Source: Octopus sinensis
Lineage: Eukaryota
Direction of reading: 5' to 3'
Assembly (NCBI RefSeq): GCF_006345805.1
Contig: NC_043014.1
Coordinates: 43,400,001-43,464,000, forward strand
Length of the DNA: 64,000 bases
Numbering within the stretch: position 1 is the stretch's first letter; each line of letters begins with the position of its first letter. The notes below the pieces were generated by a model. The model had not been told where the DNA came from. It did no database searches and saw only the letters and a program-made list of their open reading frames with translations. Below, one piece after another: positions 37,440 through 49,811 of the stretch. The position numbers and the translations under genes were made by a program.

Positions 37440-37970
37440 GTTCTATATTTAAGAGATGAGAAATATTTGTCCTCATCATATTTGTTGTTAACACGTTTCG
37501 GCTGATATACCCTCCAGCCTTCTTCAGGTGTATTGGGTAAATTTCGAACCTGGGTTCTCATTCCTAATGTATTTTTCGTTGTTGTTGTTGTTGTTATTAT
37601 TATTATTATTATTGTTCAGATCACTGCTTGGAATCGAACTCGGAATCTTGGGGTTAGTAGCCTGCGCTCTTAACCACTATGCCATATGCCTGTGGGCTTA
37701 ACCACTATGCCATATGCTCACGGGCATATGGCATAGTGGTTAAGAGTGCAAGCTGCTAACCCCAAGATTCCAAGTCTGATTCCAAGCAGTGACCTGAGCA
37801 ATAACAACAATAATGATAATAATAACATCGAAAAATACCTTGGGAATAAGAACCCAAGTTCAAAATTTCCCCAAGACACCTAAAGAAGACTGGAAGGTAT
37901 ATCAGCAAAAACGTGTTAACAAGAAGCAGGATGAGGACAAATATCCGTCGAATGTAAATAATGAACAGAT
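37440..37970. mobile_element. Family Q head-to-head palindrome: two tRNA-head plus hammerhead-like units
   Basis: Centre near 37718; each arm has GGCATATGGCATAGTGGTTAAGAG (A box), GAGTTCGATTCC (B box; degenerate in the right arm), an (AAT)n linker, then CTGAAGA-AGGCTG..CAGCC-GAAAC (degenerate in the right arm). Confidence 0.75.
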
Positions 37971-38629
37971 GGTTTGTTGCACTGACATCTTTGGAGAGAG
38001 AGAGAGAGAGAGAGAAACCTTGCCTTTTGATGTAAAGTTCTTCTATGAATTATGTTATAGAATTTGTTACCGGTCTCAGTAGTTCTTCCAGTGATATCTT
38101 TCACAAGTCTGATACTTATTCCATTGGTCTCTTTTGCTGAAATTCTAGCTCACAGGGATGCAAACAAACCTACACTGGCTTTCAAGTGTTGGAGGAAAGA
38201 AATGCAAACGCAGAAATGCACCACACAGACACATAACCATGATGGGTTTCAAATGAGTTTCCATCAAACCATATTTAATTGAATTGGTCTGCTCAGGGCT
38301 CTTGTAGAAGACTTGCCCAAGGTGTTGTATAGTGAGATTGAACCTGAAACCACATGGTTGTCTGGTGAGTTTCTTAACCACACAATAGATGGAAGAGCTG
38401 AGGCATGTTGTTGTTGTTATTGTTAGTCTCAGTTCATCCTCATTGAACAAAGCTTTGATCATAAGCAGTTAAACCCTGATCGTCTATTCTGACCATTTAA
38501 TATGTCCTTTCTGGTGTAAGGCAATCAGGTTTAATTTGAGGGGAGGTTTGGTTGCCATTTCTTGCAAGTAGAGTAACTACCTAAAAGTAGTGAGTGGATG
38601 GCTCATATATGTCAAATAATTATGTAGAA

Positions 38630-39108
38630 AAAAAAATCAAATGGAAATCGTAGTTGCGATACCTGTGCCGGTGGCACGTAAAAAGCACCATCCGTACGTG
38701 GCCGATGCCAGCCCCGCCTTGACTGGCTTCCATGCCGGTGGCACGTAAAAAGCACCAACCGATTTTGGTCGTTTCCAGCCTCCCCTGGCACCTGTGCTGG
38801 TGGCACGTAAAAAGTACCATCCGTACGTGGCCGATGCCAGCCCCGCGTTGACTGGCTTCCTTGCTGGTGGCACGTAAAAAGCACCAACCGATCGTGGTCG
38901 TTTCCAGCCTCCTCTGGCACGTAAAAAGCACCCACCACACTCACGGAGTGGTTGGCGTTAGGAAGGGCATCCAGCTGTAGAAACATTGCCAGAACAGACT
39001 GGAGCCTGGTGCAACCTCCTGGCTTCCCCAGACCCCGGTCGAACTGTCCAACCCATGCTAGCACGGAAAACGGACGTTAAACGATGATGATGATGATGAT
39101 GATGATGA
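38630..39108 (+). mobile_element. SINE family C with alternating internal modules (A-B-A-B)
   Basis: GGTGGCACGTAAAAAGCACC anchors near 38667, 38734, 38796, 38863, 38915. Confidence 0.85.
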
Positions 39109-40216
39109 CTGCCCAGGGTCATATCAAAATGTTTATAATGGATTTAAACTCGTAACCCACGGAGTGGTTTGTGGTATAGTCCAATACCGCATCCATTTTG
39201 CTTAATTTGCCTGGAGTTAGTAAAGAACTCTTCTCGAAATGAAGGTCCCCAACCTTTCCTGTAATGTAGGCTTCCATTTTACACAATTATAATTTGACAT
39301 TAAAGCTCTCTCTAATAATTACTATATTTTCGTTTTTTTTTTTACTCTATATTTGTCCTATTTTATTTTACAAAATAAGTTCTGTAATGAAGTGAGAATT
39401 TTAGTATAGATTTATTTTTTATTATTTTGTTATTATTCAATTTCTTTTTATTTTATTATTTTGTTGCTTTCTGCTTTTGTTCTTCCTGTTAATTCTTTGA
39501 TCAACACCAGCAATCTAAAAATGAAAGCTTCTTCTCTTTAATTAAAGAAAGGAAATTTATGGTCTGAAGTCACACCATTTGCTAGCATACAATCTATTAA
39601 AAATCCGTTCAGTTGTTACACACACATCTCATCCTTTAAAATTAGACCTAGATATAATCAAAAAGCCTTGATAGTTTCTCACATACTGAGTAAAAAGAAA
39701 AAAAAGGAAAAAAAAAAAAACCAAAAACAAAACAAATAGTATTGACTTTTTTCTTTCTTTCATGCCTGCAACCCTCCCATCCTTTCCCCCCTCCCCTTGC
39801 TGCTACTACTTTTACTAAAACTACTGTTGCTGCTACTACTACCACTACTACTGCAACTACATGTAGTGTGTTATTTGAACCATCTCGTATTAAATAGTAC
39901 TCTTCTATTAAGGATTACCCCTGTGACAAATAAAGGATTATGATGAATAATTACCATCTTTTGCATCATCGTTTTCAATGTCATCGTTATCATCATCATC
40001 ATCACCATCATTGTTGCTTTTTTTTTATTTTGGTGTGTGTGTGTGTGTGTGTGCGTGCGCGCGCGCGTACGCATCAATTTGAAAAATTTTGTCGTTAGCT
40101 GTTTAAACCTCCAGCATTTAAACTGGCCTTATCTGTACAAAGATGTTCTGCGTCTTTTATGTTCAGACTAGTCAGATCCAACATCTTACACCTATCCTAC
40201 AATGTTGTAAAAATAA

Positions 40217-40607
40217 ACAGGAGTGGCTGTGTGGTAAGTAGCTTGCTAACCAACCACATGGTTCCGGGTTCAGTCCCACTGCGTGGCATCTTGGGCAAGT
40301 GTCTTCTGCTATAGCACCGGGCCGACCAATGCCTTGTGAGATGATTTGGTAAACGGAAACTGAAAGAAGCCTGTCGTATATATGTATATATATATGTATG
40401 TGTGTCTGTGTTTGTCCCCCTAGCATTGCTTGACAACCGATGCTGGTGTGTTTATGTCCCCGTTACTTAGCGGTTCAGCAAAAGAGACCGATAGAATAAG
40501 TACTGGGCTTACAAAAAGAATAAGTCCCGGGGTCGAGTTGCTCGATTAAAGGCGGTGCTCCAGCATGGCTGCAGTCAAATGACTGAAACAAGTAAAAGAG
40601 TAAAAGA
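40217..40607 (+). mobile_element. SINE family A, full length
   Basis: Standard head, body and GTAAAAGAGTAAAAGAGT tail. Confidence 0.85.
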
Positions 40608-40722
40608 GTCACATCACTGAAATATTGAAGCTACAAGATAATGCACGATTAATTAAAAACTGGTCATGTCAGGCTCAAATATTCTATCTCATGTTAAGCT
40701 CATCTCTACAGATTTTCTATAG

Positions 40723-40975
40723 AAATTATAGCTAGCACTGACTTTGTTGCAACATATCCAAGACATCAGGTGTAAACAAACAATGAGGTCAATGATGAAA
40801 ATATGGGCAATGGGCATGTATGTCATATTTCAGAAATTTTTGCTCCTTCATCAAACTCCTGGAATATGGTATATACGCCTATTAACCTTTTTTCATCTTT
40901 CGACCTCATTGTTTGTTTAAATCTGATGTCTTGGGATACGAAATGTTGTTACAAAATCAGTGCTGGCTATAATTT
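40723..40975. mobile_element. Foldback MITE with about 80-bp imperfect TIRs
   Basis: AAATTATAGCTAGCACTGA...ACAATGAGGTCAATGATGAAAA versus TTTTCATCTTTCGACCTCATTGT...TCAGTGCTGGCTATAATTT. Confidence 0.7.
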
Positions 40976-41227
40976 AATATAATCTATAAAGAGATGAACT
41001 TAACACGTGGTTTAAGCACACTGTTAACACAATAGAACACAGTATTGACTTATAAAAACGTTTAATAAAGCCGTTTGTTGGCTTAGGGCTATAATAGAAG
41101 ACACTTGGCCAAGTTGTCAAGAGTTGGAACTGAACTTAAAAACCAAGTGGTTGCAATGTGAGCTTCTTAACCACACAGTTGTCAAGTGGTAGTGGTTGGG
41201 GTCAAACACAATGCCGTGTATCTATGA

Positions 41228-41272
<45 letters not shown>

Positions 41273-41274
41273 AA

Positions 41275-41455
41275 TGAGGGGGTGCTGAAAAGTTCCTGGC
41301 TTTGGGTAAAAGAAAATATAGGGGGATCAGGTAATTATGATTTTATTGCAACATATTCCCCCTCTCAGATCCACTCACTTATTGCAGTTGTCCTATGGTT
41401 TTTGTTTTTTCTAAGCCCTGTAAAAGAACCCAGAAAGTTGGGCCTCCAACTAGGC
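41275..41455 (+). mobile_element. mariner-type terminal fragment
   Basis: TGAGGGGGTGCTGAAAAGTTCCTGGC resembles irritans-type mariner TIRs (from recall); only one end present. Confidence 0.5.
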
Positions 41456-41485
41456 CTTTCACAATATCCATAAAGCCAGGAAAGT

Positions 41486-41850
41486 GGCAAGCTGGCAGAA
41501 ACGTTAGCACACCAGGCGAAACGCTTAGCAGTATTTTGTTCTGAGTTCAAATTCCACCGAGGTCAACTTTGCCTTTCATCCTTTTGGAGTCGATTAAATA
41601 AGTACCAGTTACGCACTGGGGTCGATATAATCGACTTAATCTGTTTGTCCTTGTTTGTCCTCTCTGTGTTTAGCCCCTTCTGGGTAGTAAAGAAATAGGT
41701 ATTTCGTTCAGAGTTCAAATTCCACCGAGGTCAGCTTTGCTTTTCATCTTTTCGGGGTTGATAAATTAAGTACCAGTTGCATACTGGGGTTGATCTAATT
41801 GACTGGCTCCCCCTCCCCAGAAATTTTGGGCCTTGTGCCTAAAGTAGAAA
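41486..41850 (+). mobile_element. SINE B with a tandem second body
   Basis: One head at 41486; body restarts at AAAGAAATAG|GTATTTCG near 41700. Confidence 0.8.
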
Positions 41851-42769
41851 GAGAAAAAAACATAAAGCCCAGGAACTCTTTGGCACTCCCTCGTACACAC
41901 ACACATTGGACTTCCACATAGTTCCGTCAGCCAAATTCACTCACAAGCCGTTTGTTTGCTTAGGGCTATAATAGAAGACACTTGGCCGAGTTGTCAAGAG
42001 TTGGAACTGAACTTAAAACCAAGTGGTTGCAATGTAAGCTTCTTAACTACACAGAATAAGAAAGAAAGACCAAAGAAGACGAATTGGGGTGGGGGAAACT
42101 GAACTTCATGAAAGGAAATAACAAAACTCTGTAATAAATGTTATTGAAATACTTGCACTGAGTAAGTTTCGACCAGTTCTTGCAAAGTTAGGAAAACAAA
42201 TGTTAAATTATGATGATATGCTTAACAAGAGAGACCAACAATTTAAACTTATTTGAAATAGTTGCTGTCAATTTGAATACATGAATGTAAATTAAGTGTT
42301 AATCTTATTGGAGAAAATGATGATGTTCGTTCAGACTCTGGGGTGATGAAGGTGGAGGAATGTTAACTACCATATTAATATTTTGTATGATTAATGTGCT
42401 GATGTGCTACAGTTGTTAGGCGGTACTACTGCATAACTGATGACATGATTTTTGAGTTCAAATCTTACTACAGCCATTTGTATTGTGCATGCAGGTGAAC
42501 CAAATAGCTTTGGTCACCTGTCACTATTTGCTTGATTAGCTGGTTTTTCCATGCCTGCTTTATAGTCAACGGGGTTATTTAAAAGAAGGGCACCCAACTG
42601 TAAAGACATGCTTCTGCAATACGCACGTTCATACTAGTTTAGAACGACAGTTCTATAACAGATATTTTATAGAATTTGTTTGCTTTTCTCGAAATAAACT
42701 ACATTTGTGTTTCTTTTCATCAAAGCTTGAAATCATTATTTTATTCCTATGTTGTTAAAACCTCAGTTT

Positions 42770-43070
42770 GTCCCTTATCAGGCAGAGCCCCTTATCAAAA
42801 ACCTTCTTGCCATACCTGCAGTTTGTTAGATCCTGTTAAACAGGACAACGAAAAACCTGGCTGGTGACAGTCAAGGCTAATCTGGAACCCAACCTAGGCC
42901 CCCATATCTACGGCATTCACTGCTGAAATAAGGAGTGGTTGGAGATCACGCGGTCGTTAGCCTCAAATCACCAGGCCTGGTCGGCGTTTGTAAGAGATGC
43001 AGCATTGAGGATGAATGAAGCCAGCTCAGCCCACCCCGGGTGAATGTTGTCTCAAGACAAGAAGAAGAAG
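42770..43070 (+). pseudogene. RTE LINE ORF2 C-terminal fragment, divergent subfamily with CAAGA/GAA tail
   Basis: KTWLVTVKANLEPNLGPHIYGIHC*NKEWLEITRSLASNHQAWSAFVRDAALRMNEASSAHPG* (stop 43041-43043) aligns with the 35188 peptide. Confidence 0.75.
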
Positions 43071-44753
43071 ATCTTGTTAAACTCCCTGAAGCATGCCAAC
43101 ATAGAAAAAGGGTGTTAAATGGTGTTGAATATATGTAGGGCAAGTTTATTATCTGGTGCGAGTTCACATTCAGCCGAGGTCGACTTTGCCTTTCATCCTT
43201 TCGGGGTCGATAAATTAAGTACCAGTTACGCACTGGGGTCTATGTAATTGACTTAATCCCTTTGTTTGTCCCCTCTATGTTTAGCCCCTTGTGAGCAATA
43301 AGGAAATATATCTGGTGTTGACAGCAAAGTATAATTTGATGGTATGAGATGACTTGGAGCTGATGTTTGGACAAAGACAACTCAGCACAGCTGGCTGCAC
43401 AATACTTTTTGGTGCTAGAGACAAACACACGCACACATTTTCATTTTCATTTATCTAGTTTCAGCTCACGAGCTGTGGCCATGCTGGGGCACCACCATTA
43501 AAAATAATTGCATGCACATGCAAAAATATGCACAGTTTGATAGAATAAATGAGAGAGAGAGAGAGATCAGTCTTTGTTTGCTATTCTCCTCTTACACGAG
43601 AAATGTGTGCACACACAAAAACAGAGATAGAGAGAAAGAGAGAGAGATTAAGATGTTTAATATCAAATCAGTGTCACATCAGCAGTACCAAAAATGGCTA
43701 TGCCAAAACATACCTATAATTTGGGAGAGAGATTTAATTTCTATATATAACAGGTTTAGCAAGTGTGTAGTCTTGTTTTCTTTTAAGGTGCTAATTGTCA
43801 AAAATTTTCATTGATATATGTGTGTGTGTGTGTATAGAGAGAGAGAGAAATAAAGAAAAATAGAGATAATAAATTTTCATAGATAGGATAGATTTTTAGT
43901 TCTTTCTCTAATCTGACAAAGGATGTTTGACAGTTTGTCAATTTCACTTTATTTGGACAAGACAAAGATGGTTTTGCAGTTCTTCAATTTAAATGAGGCA
44001 GGCAATGTTTGACAGTTTGTCATTTCGGTAATATCAACCAGTTTGTTGCTATTAATGATATCAGACAGATATTACTTGTTATTTCAACTTTATACTTTCA
44101 CCGTATCAGATATGTTTGATATAAAAATATCTTTTTGTTTTTTTTTTTTTTGTTTTTTGTTTTTTTCTACTCCTGCCCCCCCCCCCAATCATAACTGCAA
44201 TTTCCCATCTCGTAATAAAACATATGATAAATTTGCTTCGACCGTTTGTTTGTTCCAAGGATATTTAACCCTTTATTAGATTATCTGTATTCAAACTTCC
44301 CTTAAGGTGTCAAACATATTTTCTCCCCCAAAGATTGATCAGTGTTTATGTGACGGCATCATGCCGTTTCTATAGATTAAACTGCAATGCACATTCTTGT
44401 AGAGGATGGAATCGATATTATTCCAAATATGCTTTGTTTGGTTTGTTGTCTGGGTAGTTATCAAAAGCAGGGAAGTAAATTGAATTTGCCTGTTCTAGTT
44501 TGCTAGAATGTCGATTAACATATTGACCTGTTGGTTTGTAACTGCACATCAGAGGTTGTGTGTCAACCGTTGTCATAAGAAGATGCACCTGACCAAGCAA
44601 CTGTCTCCTTGACATGCTTTGGTATTTACAGAAAGGTTTACTCGGTATTAAAAGAATACATACCAGATAAGCACTAATTGCACTACCGTTATCATTAACA
44701 ACCTGATCCAACAAGTGGAACTTGTATGTAGTCTCTTTCACCAGTTCAATATA

Positions 44754-45354
44754 TATTTCTTTACCACCCGCAAGGGGCTAAATACAGAGGGGACAAACAA
44801 GGACAGACAAAGGGATTAAGTTGATTACATCGACCCCAGTGCGTAACTGGTACTTAATTTATTGACCCTGAAAGGATGAAAGGCAAAGTCAACCTCGGCG
44901 GAATTTGAACTCAGAACGTAGCGGCAGAAGAAATACCTATTTCTTTACTACCCACAAGGGGCTAAACACAGAGGGGACAGACAAGGACAGACAAAGGGAT
45001 TAAGTCGATTACATCGACCCCAGTGCGTAACTGGTACTTAATTTATCGACCCCGAAAGGATGAAAGGCAAAGTCGACCTCGGCAGAATTTGAACTCAGAA
45101 TGTAAAGACAGATGAAATACCTATTTCTTTACTACCCACAAAGGGTTAAACACAGAGGGGACAAACAAGGACAGACAAAGGGATTAAGTCAATTACATTG
45201 ACCCCAGTGCGTAACTGGTACTTAATTTATCGACCCCGAAAGGATGAAAGGCAAAGTCGACCTCGGCAGAATTTGAACTCAGAACGTAACGGCAGACGAA
45301 ATACGGCTGTGCATTTTTCCCCGGCGTGCTAACGTTTCTGCCAGCTCGCCGCCT
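44754..45354 (-). mobile_element. SINE B tandem trimer, one head and three bodies, 184-bp period
   Basis: Units start 44754, 44938, 45122; head only at about 45305-45354. Confidence 0.9.
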
Positions 45355-45931
45355 TTCCATATAACTGCCAAATCTTTATCAACAAATTCTTTATTGTCAT
45401 TGAAAATGATCCCTGTGTTATTAGAAACCGTAAGAACCTTAAGAACAATATGCTTGAAATTTAAGATGGAATTGTAATGGGAAGAATTACTGATTGATGA
45501 CTCATAGGATTACTTACTTCTTGCGATGCTAAACCTCCATTTTGTTCCTGGGAAACTAAAATGGAAACTGAAGTTTATTGCATCAAAGAGTTTTCCCTAA
45601 CTACAATAAATATTTTATTTTGTTTAGTTGACAGGAATGAAATTCTTTTATTCTGGAATGCAACATAACATCTATGATTTTATTCTTTAGTTTGTAATTA
45701 ATTCTCCTGTGATTGACCATTACCAATAAATCTTCTAGCATTTCGTTTTGTGTTGTTGGGTATACTTATACAACCATATCTCATCTTAGCACAATTGTTA
45801 GGAGGTTACCCCACAGAGAGATTGGTGACCTACCCCATCAAAGGCAGGTTTATCACTCATCTGTTTAACCCTTAAGCATTCAGATTACTTTGTCAAATGT
45901 AATTTGTTATTTACTCAAATTGTTTTGAATT

Positions 45932-46215
45932 GCGGCAGGTATTTAAAGGGATAAATTTAACAAGACAGTCAGTCACCGGCTGACACTCGCTGACGATACA
46001 TCGAAGAGGCCAGGGAACAGAAGAAAGAAGACATGCATCCAACACCAGAGCTGAAGACACCTCCAAAAGGGGGGGCCCCCGCCACGTCGAAACGGTAGAG
46101 GAGTAGGGGCCGAAACCGGACGTGATTCCTTCTGATGATGTCTTGAGCTAACTGGATCCTATAAAGGAGCTGTTGTGGTAGCAGACCACGAAACACGGTT
46201 GTAATTCCTCCCTGC
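45932..46215. mobile_element. Unclassified GC-rich insertion inside a family G MITE (45865-46355)
   Basis: Interrupts G consensus GAATT|..|TTATCTTGTAGC; contains three CTGAnGA and three CGAAAC motifs. Confidence 0.55.
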
Positions 46216-47436
46216 CTTATCTTGTAGCTTTGAAATTTTGATGATGTTTATTTGTAGAATTACATTGTAGGGTAGGTATGAGAAAACAGAGGTGATTAGT
46301 CCGAACATAAAGCAGAATATTTGGGCTGGATATGGCCAGGTTAAATGCTAAACAGATAACATCATGAAGCTGATGTTAAGCTTCAGCCTTCAGAATTATT
46401 TTTGGAGTTTTGGCGGCATATTTTTTTTACATGCAATGGTTGCATTTTATTTCCTTTTTTGTAATTCACTCCCAAGGAATTGGTCTGCCTAGGGTTATAG
46501 TAAAAGACACTCACCCAATATATAACGCCTGCCTCCATATAACCATTTATAATGAGAAACTCTAGGTACCTGTATTCAATACTCTCTTTTTCTAAGATAT
46601 TGTAATGAAAGCACATGTACCTGTGTTCATTCTTGAAATATATATTTAATCCTTTTGATATCACCCGACCTAAAATCACCCATAATTCTGTGTTACCAAT
46701 TTTCCATTTCAAAGTTAATTTCATGTTAATTTATGCTTGAAATACCAGCTTAATAATGTCAAAGCTATTTTATTGAATTCTTTATTAATTTCAAATTAAT
46801 TGAAACAGAGGCAGTGTATTTCAACAGATCTCTGTTAAAAAAAGAGATGAAAAATATTTCATTCCCATTTTATTGTCTTCATTTTCTTCTTTTTGTGTTG
46901 TTGGATTTTCCAAACTAGGAATCTAATATTGCAAGTTAAACAAAAATTGAAATCAAAAAGTTATTTTATCAATTTTATTACTGAATTTAACGAAGTTTTT
47001 GTCTCAGTCAAAACATAATTTGTTGATTCAAAGTGTTTCCCTCTGATTTGTAAATTATGAACAAAAATCTTTTTGATTATTTCAAAATTTGGAAAATGAA
47101 ACATTATTTAACCCTTTAGCATTTAAATTATTCTCTCAAATGTAATACTTATTTCATTGATATTGGTTTTTCATTCATATTAATTACACATTATCTCATA
47201 GCTTTGAGATTTTAGTGGCGTGATTGTTTATATCATATATGTGCAAAACAAGCATGCGCACAAGTGCACACACAGATACCCACATACAGGGACTAAGAAA
47301 TGCACCACACATTTTATACACATAATTATAAGCATTAGATACCTACCCGGCAATGTCGGGTAGGTATAAGAGGGTGGATTTGGTTGATTTGAACATAGAG
47401 TAGGCAGAATATTTGGCCTGGCTGGCCATGGCTGAT

Positions 47437-47664
47437 TTAACCCTTTCATTACCGTGTTTATTTTGACATGCTCTGTGCTTCTTTCAATTATTTTAAATAT
47501 AACAAAGAATTTAGTAAAATAATTTAATTATCATTAAGCTAGTGTTAGGAACATAAATTGGGACTAAAGTTTGGTGGAAGATTTTAATTCAGAACTTAAG
47601 AAAACAAGACATTTGTACTCAAAGCTAGAGCCGGTTTCAGCCGGTTTGGTAATGAAAGGGTTAA
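47437..47664. mobile_element. MITE family H at the 3' TTAA of a family G copy
   Basis: TTAACCCTTTCATTAC / GTAATGAAAGGGTTAA. Confidence 0.85.
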
Positions 47665-49288
47665 ATAATACAGGATTAAAAAGGGGAAACAGAAAATGGA
47701 CTTTATTTGAATTTCTTACCTGGGTCAGTGCTGTACCTAAAATTGAATTAACTCACCTGTTTTGTCTCTCACAATAATATTCAAAGTTGAGAATAATTAT
47801 ATACCTTGTTATTTGTCTATAACAAAGAAAATGATTATTAAAGGTGTTTTCAGGTATCCCACCTGACATAGATTAACATCACTGTCAGCCACTGACAAAG
47901 CACATGTATTCTATTAAGTACCTACAGGCCCTTATTTTTTTTATATATTTTGATTCCATTGAAGATGAGGGCATAGTTTAATTGAAATGAACCCATATAT
48001 TATTTGGTATTGTGAACCCTTTGATATACAAAATGGTGTCTACTTAGGCGAGATTTGAACTCAGAATGTTGAGGAAACAAAATGAAATATTTAATGTGAT
48101 ATAGTTTGATACTCTATCTTTTTGTTTGTCATCCGAGTGCCATTAATTATAACTACCTTATTTGAGTGCAGTAGTGTCATTTAGCCAGGCATGAAGTCCC
48201 TTGTACATCTTTAGTTTCTCTTGGTAACACTAATTAGATCATAATTATATTTCATTCTCAGTTGGAGTGACCTCGCTGAAGTGCTAATGCCCTTTGGTAA
48301 GGCAGAACTATTACGGTTAGCTATTCTACCTAATTAACAAATAATTAGTTATTCTACTTCATTGTATCATTCAGCTCATCTCTGCCTCAGGTGTGTATAA
48401 TATGTATATTGCGTACATGTATGTGAGTGTATATGTATGGTTATATTTCAATGCTAGTATTTTGTAATTGTTTGAATATGTACGATTCTATCTGTTGTGT
48501 ATATATATATATATATATATATATCGGTCTTTGTATATTGTGTTGTACATGTCCATATTTCTGTGCATGTATTTAATGTTTATAATTATGTGTATAAAAT
48601 GTGTGGTGCATTTCTGAGTCCCTCTGTGTGTGTATGTGTGTGTGCACATGCGCACATGCTTGTTTTGCACGTATATGATTATTTGTGCATGTGTATGTGT
48701 GAATATTTGAGGTTGTGTGTTTCGGTGCAAATTCATTTGTGCATGTGTGCGCGCGTAATATTTGTTGATTCATTGCTTTTAAAATTAAGCATATACATAG
48801 GGGCCCTCTACATGCACAAGCGCAAGTGGGGAGAGAGAGAGAAAGAGAGGAAGCAGCAACCAATCTGTTGAGATTGCGGCTAATTTTGAATGCATTTTGG
48901 AAGCGGTATCTGCTACATTAAGTTCTAGTTATGTAATAACAAGAAACAATGGCTTCAAGGTTACGATTTTAAATTACTGAGAAAATATTCAGGTGCTCAA
49001 ACCTTGTTATTAATACTGCACTGATAGTGTAGTGTCCTTGAGCAAGACACATTACTTCTTCACACCTCACTTGGGTGATTGGCAGAAGACAGGCTCCACA
49101 CCTACGTTCCTATTTCAGCCAGCTGAAGGAGGAACCTCCAACTGTAAGAACATATTAAGAGAAATAAGATAATATAAAATAAATATTAAAAAATGTGTGC
49201 AGATATAGCAGTATGATAAAAAGCTTGCTTCCCAACCACATGGTTCTGGGTTCAGTCCCATTGCATGGCACTTTGGTCAAGTGTCTTC

Positions 49289-49509
49289 GGATCTTTTCCT
49301 TTTGAACGGCAGATGTCAACACAATTTCTAGTTAACTAAACACTTTTAAACTTCGTATACTGGTAGAATGTGTTTATAAAACATCATTTTTTCTTGGCTT
49401 TATTGAGAAAATTCTATAGTTTGTAACATATTTCCACTATAAAATCGAGCATTTTGGCAATTTTAACACCAATCGTTCACCTCCATTTGGGGTGAAAAGA
49501 TTCCGTGCT
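49289..49509. mobile_element. Merlin-like MITE derivative inserted in a SINE A
   Basis: GGATCTTTTC start; 8-bp duplication GTGTCTTC at 49281-49288 and 49510-49517 splits the SINE A body. Confidence 0.7.
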
Positions 49510-49811
49510 GTGTCTTCTACTATGACCTCAGGCCCAGTAAAGCTTTGTGAGTGGATTTGGTAGACAGAAACTGCAAGAAACTCTTCGCACATGGCTTTTT
49601 TTGTTTTTGTTGTGTTTGTTTTCTTTTACTAAATTCTTCATTATTTAAGAAAAATTAATGAAATAAACACAGCATGTTTTTTACTTTTTATCTTTTAACT
49701 CAGTGGCCATGCTGCAGCAGTTTACAAAAATGGTAACAAAAGGGTTAATTTTCTTTGGGAGCCCAATATTGTTACTATAGTGTTAAGTGTTCCAAACATG
49801 TACAAATTCTG

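Noticed and set aside
38667-38933. CRISPR-like repeat-spacer appearance (also 15883-16252, 58680-58890, 61660-61820)
   Set aside because: The spacers are homologous to one another, the array lies inside a eukaryotic SINE, and there are no cas genes.
44418-44741. 107-aa non-repetitive minus-strand ORF
   Set aside because: No recognisable motif and no good acceptor; a few ORFs of this length are expected by chance in six frames of 64 kb.
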